32,000 nucleotides of DNA from Candidatus Methanoperedens sp. (GCA_027460535.1 JAPZAR010000034.1:1945-33944); one strand, 5' to 3'. Shown: positions 15,241-23,426, counted from the first letter of the stretch. Notes: generated by a model not told the origin, from the sequence alone. Made by a program: numbers and translations.

Positions 15241-16041
15241 CTACTTCTTTATAGATGGAAATTTAAATTTTAATTGATTTATAATTGCATCATATGATAC
15301 TTCATACTCTGTTCTATAATCCGCTGGGTGAGGAATTTTTCGATTAATAATAGGAATCTCAATATGAATATCAGTTTTTTCATTGTATGTATATTGATTA
15401 AAATAAGTTATATCTGTTATTGGTAATTTTAGAACATTTCCTATAAATAAACAGAAACCAAAGGGATAGTGAATAAATTCAGAAAGTAAATAAAATCCTC
15501 CATTTTCCCATAGGCCGACAATTCCAGAATTGAATAAAATGAGTTCAGTAGTAAGATACATATACACTGAAAAATCAAATGGAAAATTCTGTGAATCTTT
15601 TTGTAAAAGATAATCTTTCAAATCAGGATGAGCCAGTTGAAAATTATTTCCATTTCTTGAGCAAAATATCGCAATTACTTGCTTAAAGAAACGAAGAGGA
15701 TGTACATCCTGTAGTATTATTTCAATAGGTTTTGGTTTTCCAAACATCCGATTATCTGATAAATTACCCCGCTTCATATTATTCGACAAAATCATAGTCC
15801 ATTTTTTGTATTCTTCGCCATATAGATGACCTGTAATGTTATTACAGCTTGAACACAGACTATAATTTCCTACACCTTTTTGCTTTAGCTTACCTTTTTT
15901 AAAATATTTTCCTTCTGTGAGCAAAGGAAGCGCTTGAAACTCTTGTGACCGAAAAAAATTGAATGCCTTCTGCGGAGGCGTATGTTCAAATGATAGTTTA
16001 CTTTGTTTTCCACAAATACAACATGTACCATGTTTGCTCAT
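15241..16041 (-). CDS. HNH-like (HNH_5-type zinc-finger nuclease motif) protein with an unknown C-terminal domain
   Basis: 266 aa, ATG at 16041. The N-terminus CCICGKQSKLSFEHTPPQKAFN...SLCSSCNNITG has the pattern CxxC..EHxxP..N..CxxCN of beta-beta-alpha-metal HNH nucleases. The remaining roughly 190 aa are unrecognised. Very AT-rich. Confidence 0.6.
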   Translation of the reverse strand: MSKHGTCCICGKQSKLSFEHTPPQKAFNFFRSQEFQALPLLTEGKYFKKGKLKQKGVGNYSLCSSCNNITGHLYGEEYKKWTMILSNNMKRGNLSDNRMFGKPKPIEIILQDVHPLRFFKQVIAIFCSRNGNNFQLAHPDLKDYLLQKDSQNFPFDFSVYMYLTTELILFNSGIVGLWENGGFYLLSEFIHYPFGFCLFIGNVLKLPITDITYFNQYTYNEKTDIHIEIPIINRKIPHPADYRTEYEVSYDAIINQLKFKFPSIKK

Positions 16042-16308
16042 AGATAATTATCTCATTGACTTTGATATTCCTTGATGATAACAACCAACACTAATTGAAA
16101 CGTCTCTATTCAAGAAATCGTTTCAATACATTTTGGTGAATACATAGCGTTTTTCGCATGATGTTTGGCCTGTGTGACAATATAGCTATAATAGCGATTT
16201 CTATCTTTTCAGGTTTCATTTTATCAATTCATGCTGAGGAGCTGATAAGTATAGCATTCCTAGCCGTTGAAGCACCGGTAAATATCTGAACCCTCATGCA
16301 GAAAAATA

Positions 16309-18594
16309 TCATCCCTTGTACTCCCCGCTCACAACTTCCTTTATCCTGTCCGCTGTCTTTGGCCCCACAAGCCCGACCTCCATCAATTCCTCGCGCGATG
16401 CAGCCATGATTTTTTGCACACTTCCGAAATGAAGCAGCAAGTTCCTTGCCACCGCAGGCCCGATCTCAGGGAGCGAAGAGATAACGTATTCCTGTTGCTC
16501 CTTAAGCGTAAGCGATGTCTTCTTCCCGTGCAGGCTTATTTCTTTCTTTGTATCGCTCTGCTCCCTCTTTGCCATTATATGTATCAGCGCTGCAGTATCC
16601 TCCTCGTCCCTGCTGAAGATGATAGGCACCCCGAAATCAATGGCGATCGAGGCAAGCACCCCGCGTATTGAGTTGGGATGTATCTGCCTTGCAGTATAGA
16701 GCCCTTCGCCTTCAATTACGAGTACAGGCCTTTCAAATGTGCGCGCAAGGTCGGATATCTGCCCAAAAAGGTCCCTTCCATCCATCAGAGTACTCAGGAA
16801 ATCTTCGGCTGTTTTTCTCTCGATACCGACGCGCTCACTTATCACATAGTCTCCAACTTCGAGCGTCTTCAAAACGATCTCAGCGCCAAGTTTTTCAAGC
16901 GTTCGTGCCACGCGGGAACGGATCTCCCTCTGGTCAACGAAAATTCTTATTGGGGAGTTCTCTGGTTGTATGCTCCCCGGGAAATCCAGAAGATTTTTTT
17001 GCCCACCAATATCATCTTTCAACTCATTCGAACTGGAGTCTTCTTTTTTTCTTGATTGGAGTTCAAAGTCGTAATCGAGGTCCTTCATAGCCCTCATCAT
17101 ATTTTTCTCTTTCCTGCTGCTTGTCCAGTGATACGCTTCATCCTTTGAACCTTTAGCCATCAGTATTACGACACGTCCGGCATGTTTTCGTCCAGTTCTT
17201 CCTTTTCGCTGAATGCTTCTGATCTCGGAAGGAACGGGTTCGAAAAAAACAACAAGATCGGTTGCCGGGATATCCAGCCCTTCCTCTGCCACGGAGGTAG
17301 CGACAAGGGTATTGTATTCCCCGTCCTTGAATTTTTGAATGATATCGACCTGCTGTTTCTGCGTCAGGCCGGTATCCTTGTATTTGCTTGCCTGTCCCAC
17401 AAACCTCACGGGTTTTATTCCAGGCACTTCTTTAAGGGATTCTGAAACAAGTTCGGCGGTATCTCTGTAATTGGTGAAAACAATTACCCTTGATTGCGGG
17501 TTCTCAAGGATTTGCTTTTCAACTAATTCCCTGACAAGATTCAGCTTCGGATTATTGCCATTGCATCCCGAGAGGTGGTGCACTGCCTGGCGCATGCTCA
17601 GGTCTTCCATCAGACGCTTGGCAGCTTTGCTCCCGCTTCTTGATAGCGCTTCATTCTCAAGCCTCTCAAAATATTTGGAGAGCGCAGAGACTCCCTGCGT
17701 TTCCGCGATTTCTATTGCATGGCTGACCTTGAAGATCTCGGCAAGGAGCGAGATCCCCTGATATATTTTCTGGTCAGGGAAAGAACGAAGCTGGGACTGC
17801 ATCTTTGCCTGGAGTTCCAGCATTTCCCTTTTCGATAATCTTTTCTGGTAGGGAGATATGAATTTAAGCTCATGTAATTTATTGAGTCTGTCAGAGAGGA
17901 CTTTATCCATCAATTGTTTCAGTCCTTTGATCTCAACCGGAACCGGGACATATTTCCATTCGATATCCTTATCGAAGACATATGGTCTGACATCAGGGTC
18001 AGAATCCGTTCGCATCTCGACCGAAGTGATATGAAGGTTTGCACAGACTTCCTGTATCCTTGCAGGGTCGCTGCCCGGACTTGCGGTTATTCCCAGAACC
18101 AGTGGTTCCTTATTCTGCTGCGCATATTTCTCCGCAATGTAAACATACGAGTAATCGCCTGTTGCCCTGTGCGCTTCGTCAAAAATTATGCATGAGACAT
18201 TTTCAAGGTTTATTTTCTTTCCCAGGATATCATTCTCAATGACCTGAGGGGTTGAAACCACTACCCTGGCATTTTCCCACATGGAGGATCGTTTCTCCGG
18301 CGGTGTGTTGCCGGTGAACAGGACTACTTCTTCCAGAGGTATATTGAGGGTATTTTTAAAAAAGGCGGCATGCTGTTCCACGAGAGGTTTTGTTGGGGAG
18401 AGAATAAGGACTTTTCCTCTGGAAAGCCGAGAGACTATTACAAGCAGGGCGATGATGGTTTTCCCGAGCCCCGTCGGAAGGACGATGAGAGTGGATTTAT
18501 TTATGGCTTCCCCTGCAAGAGATAGCTGATATAATCTCTGCTCGACTGTAGCTGGCTTAATAAGAGGGTGATTAATATACTGCGTATCGCTCAA
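16309..18594 (-). CDS. hef: Hef: helicase-associated endonuclease for fork-structured DNA (SF2 helicase + ERCC4 nuclease + HhH2)
   Basis: 761 aa. Helicase motifs are LPTGLGKT, FDEAHR and RKGRTGR. The ERCC4 signature is GDYVISERVGIERKTAEDF. The C-terminal helix-hairpin-helix pair is GPAVARNLLLHFGS and LVGPKTADRI. The start is a TTG at 18594, with no in-frame ATG before the conserved HPLIKP segment. Confidence 0.95.
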   Translation of the reverse strand: MSDTQYINHPLIKPATVEQRLYQLSLAGEAINKSTLIVLPTGLGKTIIALLVIVSRLSRGKVLILSPTKPLVEQHAAFFKNTLNIPLEEVVLFTGNTPPEKRSSMWENARVVVSTPQVIENDILGKKINLENVSCIIFDEAHRATGDYSYVYIAEKYAQQNKEPLVLGITASPGSDPARIQEVCANLHITSVEMRTDSDPDVRPYVFDKDIEWKYVPVPVEIKGLKQLMDKVLSDRLNKLHELKFISPYQKRLSKREMLELQAKMQSQLRSFPDQKIYQGISLLAEIFKVSHAIEIAETQGVSALSKYFERLENEALSRSGSKAAKRLMEDLSMRQAVHHLSGCNGNNPKLNLVRELVEKQILENPQSRVIVFTNYRDTAELVSESLKEVPGIKPVRFVGQASKYKDTGLTQKQQVDIIQKFKDGEYNTLVATSVAEEGLDIPATDLVVFFEPVPSEIRSIQRKGRTGRKHAGRVVILMAKGSKDEAYHWTSSRKEKNMMRAMKDLDYDFELQSRKKEDSSSNELKDDIGGQKNLLDFPGSIQPENSPIRIFVDQREIRSRVARTLEKLGAEIVLKTLEVGDYVISERVGIERKTAEDFLSTLMDGRDLFGQISDLARTFERPVLVIEGEGLYTARQIHPNSIRGVLASIAIDFGVPIIFSRDEEDTAALIHIMAKREQSDTKKEISLHGKKTSLTLKEQQEYVISSLPEIGPAVARNLLLHFGSVQKIMAASREELMEVGLVGPKTADRIKEVVSGEYKG

Positions 18595-18668
18595 ACAATG
18601 AATAAATATCCCATATGATTATAAATCTAATGTGTGCGGGGAGAAAGTAATAAAACAAGTAAGAAAAC

Positions 18669-18676
18669 TTAATATA
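18669..18676 (+). promoter_or_regulatory. TATA-like box for the zinc-ribbon operon
   Basis: GAAAAC-TTAATATA has a BRE-like A-rich stretch plus a TATA box about 52 nt upstream of ATG 18728. GGAGGTG lies at 18714-18720. Confidence 0.35.
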
Positions 18677-18727
18677 TCCAGAGCAAGATTAACCATGTAC
18701 AATCATTATATCCGGAGGTGAAAAAGC

Positions 18728-18889
18728 ATGTGCAGTGTCGGAGACGCGTTCAATATAGAAATAACAGCGCTGAATGCTAAATTCTACAAGTGCGGAGATT
18801 GCAGGAACGAGTTCAGAGGTGTCGGGAAAAAAGTATTGTGTCCATCCTGTCACTCTGGCAATGTGAGTCTCATGTTCAAAGAGGAATGA
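18728..18889 (+). CDS. Zinc-ribbon microprotein (53 aa)
   Basis: Not in the ORF track. It has a strong SD (GGAGGTG) 7 nt upstream. My hand translation is MCSVGDAFNIEITALNAKFYKCGDCRNEFRGVGKKVLCPSCHSGNVSLMFKEE, with CxxC...CxxC. Its stop overlaps the next gene's ATG (ATGA at 18886-18889). Confidence 0.6.
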   Translation: MCSVGDAFNIEITALNAKFYKCGDCRNEFRGVGKKVLCPSCHSGNVSLMFKEE

Positions 18890-19347
18890 CCCCGCTGGAT
18901 CACAATGAAATGCTCCTCCTGCGAGGAAAGGAGGGCACCTTAGGCATTGTCAAAGCAGGAGAAAACAGGCAATTTTTTCTCGAGACGGAAAGGGAAGAGA
19001 TACTTCTGGCACTTGATCCGGAAGACCTGCTCGTAGCCTCCGGTTTTGGCGCAGACGAGAAGACAATAAAAGGATTAAGATGCGTACTTTACATGATACG
19101 TGAGGTCGGTTCGCCTTTTATCGTCCTGCCAAAGAAACATCCTGCATCAAAACGTCTTAAGATCGTGGTCTCTGCCGGCGGCAGGACGCGAATAAGCTGT
19201 AGGATAATACCCGGAACACATCCTGAGCAGGATATTCTGTGCGGGTCTGACGAATTTGACGGCATCGAGATCTCGGGTGTAAAAGGCGGGGTTGAGTTCA
19301 GGAATCTTACTGGCGGTATGATAGAACGTATTCCCTTTGAAATTTAA
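18886..19347 (+). CDS. Conserved-looking hypothetical protein (153 aa)
   Basis: The track ORF 18790..19347 starts at a GTG inside the zinc-ribbon gene. The ATG at 18886 (MTPLDHNEM...), coupled by ATGA, is the more likely start. No family recognised. Confidence 0.6.
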   Translation: MTPLDHNEMLLLRGKEGTLGIVKAGENRQFFLETEREEILLALDPEDLLVASGFGADEKTIKGLRCVLYMIREVGSPFIVLPKKHPASKRLKIVVSAGGRTRISCRIIPGTHPEQDILCGSDEFDGIEISGVKGGVEFRNLTGGMIERIPFEI

Positions 19348-19703
19348 CTCTTAACAGCCCGCTTTAACGCCTCAATGGAAGGCGGAGCCCCAACGAAAGC
19401 TGGCTTGCCGTTAATGAATATTGTAGGAACAGCATGGACCCCATAGAAAGCGGCTTTTGCAAGACCTTGTGGAGTCGCGGTTGAAAGTTCAATTACCTGT
19501 ATCCCGGGCACCTGCTCTGCAACCTCCTTTGCCATAACGAGTGCTCGCGGGCAGTGGGGGCATGTGGGCGACGTGAATACTTCTATAACATCAGATGGCC
19601 TTGGGGCTTTGATCTCTTGCTGCCGCTTCAACAGTTCTTTAAGTTTTTTCTTCTTTATCAGCGCAAGTTCATTATCTTCGGTCATGCCGGATAAACCTGT
19701 CAT
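19344..19703 (-). CDS. Thioredoxin/glutaredoxin-like small redox protein
   Basis: 119 aa. It has the active site FTSPTCPHCPRA (CPHC) and the thioredoxin-fold cis-Pro region VHAVPTIFINGK. Confidence 0.85.
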   Translation of the reverse strand: MTGLSGMTEDNELALIKKKKLKELLKRQQEIKAPRPSDVIEVFTSPTCPHCPRALVMAKEVAEQVPGIQVIELSTATPQGLAKAAFYGVHAVPTIFINGKPAFVGAPPSIEALKRAVKS

Positions 19704-19832
19704 GCACCATACATTATTCCCATGATGTATTCCTTTCTATTATCAGGAGCAGGCTTACGCTAACTGCCTTCTGGCTAATCAGGACATTCAGAAAAAAAAT
19801 TGGATTGATATTGTTATAACTTTCCAGCCAAA

Positions 19833-20021
19833 TTATGCACAAGCTAATTGACAGCTCATGCAAAATTTCTTATGGTGCGAGCATTCAAATTCTACCAATT
19901 CAAAAAATAGGGGCGTTTGAACTATTTTCAGCTTGTTGTATTTTACGTAAAGCGTCTCTATCGCTTTTTCGGTAAAACCTGCCCTCAATAATTTCACTCT
20001 TTCTTCAGCGGTTTCTAACAT
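19833..20021 (-). CDS. Small Cys/His-rich hypothetical protein
   Basis: 62 aa. GGAGGG lies just upstream of ATG 20021. The C-terminus is ECSHHKKFCMSCQLAC. There is no family assignment. Confidence 0.4.
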   Translation of the reverse strand: MLETAEERVKLLRAGFTEKAIETLYVKYNKLKIVQTPLFFELVEFECSHHKKFCMSCQLACA

Positions 20022-20164
20022 TGTCCCTCCGGATATGTCGACCTTCTTAGTTGCATGATATACATGTTCATAATGTATATAATACTAATCATAAGGTTAA
20101 TAGTTTTCGATAATAAAACAGATAAAAGACATGGTAACAAATCGTTAATCTCGAAATCTCAGCT

Positions 20165-20332
20165 TCAATCTTTTCTTATATGGACATCCATTTGATTGAA
20201 GGGTATTTCAATTCCTTCCTCTTGGAACCTGGTGAACATTTCTCTGAAAATCCAGTCCATGACAGGGTGGGATTTCCATTGATTGTCTTGATGATCCAAT
20301 TGTCTGAAATATGTTTCTATGCATATCGCAAA
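20165..20332 (-). pseudogene. Remnant of the 3' end of an MscS-family mechanosensitive channel gene
   Basis: The minus-strand frame is open only from a TAA at 20333-20335. It reads ...YFRQLDHQDNQWKSHPVMDWIFREMFTRFQEEGIEIPFNQMDVHIRKD*. The segment EEGIEIPFNQMDVHI resembles the MscS C-terminal consensus GIeIPFPq..vh. No upstream channel body is present. Confidence 0.5.
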
Positions 20333-20374
20333 TTACTTATATGTTATAATCATTTGAGTGATGGAAGTGAAATA

Positions 20375-21217
20375 ATGAAAAAAATATTAATTCTTTTATT
20401 TATTGCGACGATATTATTCAGCGGCTGCGTTGGTGTAAAAACGGTGAAAATTGGCGATAATATCTCTGTTGACTACATCGGGAGCATTCAGGATGGCAAG
20501 GTTTTTGATACATCGATTGAGCAAGTTGCAAAGGAAAATAATCTGTTATCTCCTGGGAGGGAATATACACCTTATAATTTTACGGTCGGAAAAGGAAAGG
20601 TCGTTAAGGGATTCGATGAGGGAGTGATTGGAATGAAAGTGGGAGAAACAAGAACCTTGACAATACCCCCTGAAAAGGGTTACGGCCCGATTGATCTAAG
20701 GAGGATCCAGGCTTACCCCGTTATACAGGTTGTGCCCTCAACATTCCCCAGGGTCATAGAAATCCCCATCAGCCAATTCGAAAGTACATTCGGTACCGGA
20801 CACAAGAAAGGTGATATAGTTTCTATCCCTAGGTCGGATACTAATATGACAGTCCAGAATATTTCTGAGAATGTATCATTATCCTATAATTTCAAAGTTG
20901 GGGAACAGATCCCATCGACAGGTGTCCCATGGAATACTACCGTGATTAAGGTGGATGACAAAAATATTACGGTTGAATACAGCGTGAAGAAAAACCAGAC
21001 ATTCCAATTTGAGAACGTTCCATGGAACACTACAGTGATAGGAGTAACGAATGCGAATATCACTCTCAGGCATAATCCAATTCCTGAAACAGATATCGAG
21101 ACCATGTTTGGCCTGATGAAAGTCCGTTTTAATGAGACTTCCATAATAATGGACCAGAACAACCAACTAGCGGGAAAGACATTGGTCTTCAAAGTGACTC
21201 TGAAATCGATCAACTGA
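20375..21217 (+). CDS. Secreted/lipobox FKBP-type peptidyl-prolyl cis-trans isomerase with a repeat-containing C-terminal extension
   Basis: I place the start at ATG 20375 (MKKILILLFIATILFSGCVG, a signal peptide with a lipobox-like SGC). The FKBP core is GDNISVDYIGSIQDGKVFDTS...FTVGKGKVVKGFDEGVIGMKVGETRTLTIPPEKGYG. The C-terminal half carries two VPWNTTVI(K/G)V repeats. Confidence 0.85.
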   Translation: MKKILILLFIATILFSGCVGVKTVKIGDNISVDYIGSIQDGKVFDTSIEQVAKENNLLSPGREYTPYNFTVGKGKVVKGFDEGVIGMKVGETRTLTIPPEKGYGPIDLRRIQAYPVIQVVPSTFPRVIEIPISQFESTFGTGHKKGDIVSIPRSDTNMTVQNISENVSLSYNFKVGEQIPSTGVPWNTTVIKVDDKNITVEYSVKKNQTFQFENVPWNTTVIGVTNANITLRHNPIPETDIETMFGLMKVRFNETSIIMDQNNQLAGKTLVFKVTLKSIN

Positions 21218-21248
21218 AGGCGACTGGCCTTCAGTATTTATCTTTTTT
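21214..21248 (+). terminator. Intrinsic-type terminator hairpin shared by the convergent FKBP and fbp genes
   Basis: CTGAAGGC (21214-21221) pairs with GCCTTCAG (21227-21234) around the loop GACTG. TATTTATCTTTTTT follows. The FKBP stop codon lies in the 5' arm. Confidence 0.55.
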
Positions 21249-21286
21249 CATTCACTTGAAAATCCGATTTTGATTTTTTCCAACAA

Positions 21287-22216
21287 TTATTTGTCAGCCA
21301 TAAGATTTTCTATCAGGCTGATCTCCTTTTTGCCCCCGGCGTATATGGGAGTGATTTGATCGATAGCATCCGGTTTGATTGACAATATGTCGATCTTTCC
21401 ATTGCTTATCGCCCCGCCGGCTTCTTTTATTATTTTTCCTATCGGATTTGCCTCGAACAATAAGCGCAGTTTCCCTTTTTCTTTTCCCCGAAATCCGGGG
21501 TATGTGAACACCCCGCCCTTGTGGAGGATCTGGTGAATGTCTGCCACGAAAGAACCCGAAAACCGCAGCTTATAACCATCATTCTCAAGCCTCTCGATAA
21601 ATCTCTTATGTTCGGGCAGGTAATCTTTTCGAAGGGCTCCGGGTGCATATATTTTTCCATCCGGTAGCTTGATATCTCTCTGGGTCAGGTTGAATGCGCC
21701 TTTTTCATCCATTGCAAAATCGTGCACGCCATTTCCGGTTGTGAGAGTCATTGTAGTCAGGGGACCATAGAGAATGTACATGGCAGCAAGCATGGTATTT
21801 CCGGGTTCAAGGACGTTACCCGGGTAAATCCCTATGATGGTTCCCACGGCGAGGTTTACATCTATTAAGGAAGAGCCGTCAAGAGGGTCGATAACAACGC
21901 CGAACTCGTTTCTCGCGTTTTCAATCTCGATAATATCAGGCTGCTCTTCTGTTGCGATATAGCGTACTAACCTCGTTCTTTTTAATCCATTGATTAAGAC
22001 TTCATCCGCCCATTTATCCAGGGCCACCTGCTCTTCTCCGTAGATATTCTTCGTTCCGGCTTTTGTATGGCCTCTCAGGAATCCGGTCTTAATGGTTTTC
22101 CCCTGTTCACTGAAGAAGAAGATTAACTCTGATAGCCTGGGGTTGGTATTATTTTGCAGAAGGAATTCTTTAAGGTTAATGCTCTCACCCTCTTTCTTGT
22201 TACGCATTTTAAGCAA
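21287..22216 (-). CDS. fbp: Fructose-1,6-bisphosphatase, class I
   Basis: Metal-binding motifs are [10 protein letters not shown] and ATEEQ. The C-terminus has [11 protein letters not shown] and ITPIYAGG. The track start is a TTG at 22216; the first ATG is at 22207 (MRNKKEG). Confidence 0.9.
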   Translation of the reverse strand: MLKMRNKKEGESINLKEFLLQNNTNPRLSELIFFFSEQGKTIKTGFLRGHTKAGTKNIYGEEQVALDKWADEVLINGLKRTRLVRYIATEEQPDIIEIENARNEFGVVIDPLDGSSLIDVNLAVGTIIGIYPGNVLEPGNTMLAAMYILYGPLTTMTLTTGNGVHDFAMDEKGAFNLTQRDIKLPDGKIYAPGALRKDYLPEHKRFIERLENDGYKLRFSGSFVADIHQILHKGGVFTYPGFRGKEKGKLRLLFEANPIGKIIKEAGGAISNGKIDILSIKPDAIDQITPIYAGGKKEISLIENLMADK

Positions 22217-22354
22217 TCAGGCACTAAATAGTTATCGTTTGTGCACATGATTGATTTTCACAGCAAAAATAACAATTCTTAAGAACCGGGATGGACGCAC
22301 ATTTTTGACAGAAATTTTTGAAAAGTTTTATATCCTAATTGGGAATGTTGCTGC

Positions 22355-22732
22355 ATGAGAGGGCAAAAAATGTTACAAAAAGAAGAAAAAGTGGTTATGG
22401 TATTGCTTTCAATGGCTGCAATTTCATTGATAATTGGCTATTTCGGTTTTTCCTCACAGATTCCTGCTTATTCGGAAGATTCAAAGATAGGTGAGAGGGT
22501 GTTTGTTGAGGGAACGATACTCTCAAAACAGAAAACAGGAACTGGCGACAACGTGATCCTTACGATCTCAAATCTTAATATCAAGGTGTTCATAGGAAAA
22601 GAAAAAGGTGCCAAGGACGTATACGACTCTGTGAACAAGGGTGACAGGGTTAGAATTACCGGTAAAGTCTCCGAGTATAAGAATGCCAGGGAAATCGTTG
22701 TTGAGACAGTTAAAGATGTAATAACATTGTAA
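22355..22732 (+). CDS. Membrane-anchored OB-fold (tRNA_anti-like) domain protein
   Basis: 125 aa. It has the N-terminal TM helix VVMVLLSMAAISLIIGYFGF. The OB-fold pattern that follows is VFVEGTILSKQK...VILTISN...IKVFI...GDRVRITGKVSEYKNAREIVV. Confidence 0.7.
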   Translation: MRGQKMLQKEEKVVMVLLSMAAISLIIGYFGFSSQIPAYSEDSKIGERVFVEGTILSKQKTGTGDNVILTISNLNIKVFIGKEKGAKDVYDSVNKGDRVRITGKVSEYKNAREIVVETVKDVITL

Positions 22733-22735
22733 TAC

Positions 22736-23392
22736 TCATTGTTCAGGCGGTTTCCGCGCCCTGAATAATGTGAGTGTGCCTATTATCGTCATATATCTGG
22801 CGGTTTCCTCGACCTGATCAAGACCTGCGTCGCGGAACATCCCCGGCAGCAGACCTTTTATGTTATCCGAAGCTTCCTCAAGCCTTCGGAAGATAAGGGA
22901 TATGAGGGACATAAATACATTCTGAGGTTTCCCGATATCGGCAGCATGCAACTCCCCGCCAGGTTTGAGGACCCGGAAAATCTCCGTGAATGTGCGAATT
23001 TTGTCCTCCCGCGTAAGATGATGAAAAACGAGGCTTGAGAAAACACGGTCAAAATAGTTGTCCGGATATGTCAGTTCGAAAGCCATTCCTTCATCCAGGG
23101 CGATATCCAAACCTGTCACTTTGATTTTCGCACTGGCAATTTCAAGGATTTCTGGATCGCCGTCAAGTCCTATAACTTCGGCTTCGGGATGAGCTCTCTT
23201 GATGAGTATAGTTAGAGTCCCAGTACCGCAACCCAGGTCAAGTACCCTGTGACCATCCTTGATACATGCTTGCTCTACCAGACGGCGCTTGAAGGTGGAT
23301 TCGCGCATGCCAAGCCGCATAGTGAGGTCATAGAGAGGTGTCAGCAGGTTGAACCTGAGGGCGGGGATGTATTTTGTGGGAGTTTGAGGCAT
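22736..23392 (-). CDS. Class I SAM-dependent methyltransferase (UbiE/COQ5-like)
   Basis: 218 aa. It has motif I VLDLGCGTG, post-I VIGLDGD and the motif II/III region FDRVFSSLVFHHL...LKPGGEL. Confidence 0.85.
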   Translation of the reverse strand: MPQTPTKYIPALRFNLLTPLYDLTMRLGMRESTFKRRLVEQACIKDGHRVLDLGCGTGTLTILIKRAHPEAEVIGLDGDPEILEIASAKIKVTGLDIALDEGMAFELTYPDNYFDRVFSSLVFHHLTREDKIRTFTEIFRVLKPGGELHAADIGKPQNVFMSLISLIFRRLEEASDNIKGLLPGMFRDAGLDQVEETARYMTIIGTLTLFRARKPPEQ

Positions 23393-23426
23393 GGATTTAC
23401 GGATAGAGAATTATAAAATTATTTTA

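Noticed and set aside
16155-16290. A short hydrophobic plus-strand ORF of about 43 aa (MMFGLCDNIAIIAISIFSGFILSIHAEEL...) between the HNH-like gene and hef
   Set aside because: It has no SD and no conservation evidence, and it is too short to support from sequence alone.
16414-18529. Plus-strand ORFs inside hef (16414..16671, 16668..17090, 16678..17055, 17182..17445, 17471..17761, 17914..18195, 18039..18242, 18281..18529)
   Set aside because: They are antisense to the motif-complete Hef gene.
20180-20374. The 65-codon N-terminal extension of the FKBP ORF
   Set aside because: A signal peptide with a lipobox starts at ATG 20375. The extension is antisense to an MscS remnant and has no FKBP-related sequence.
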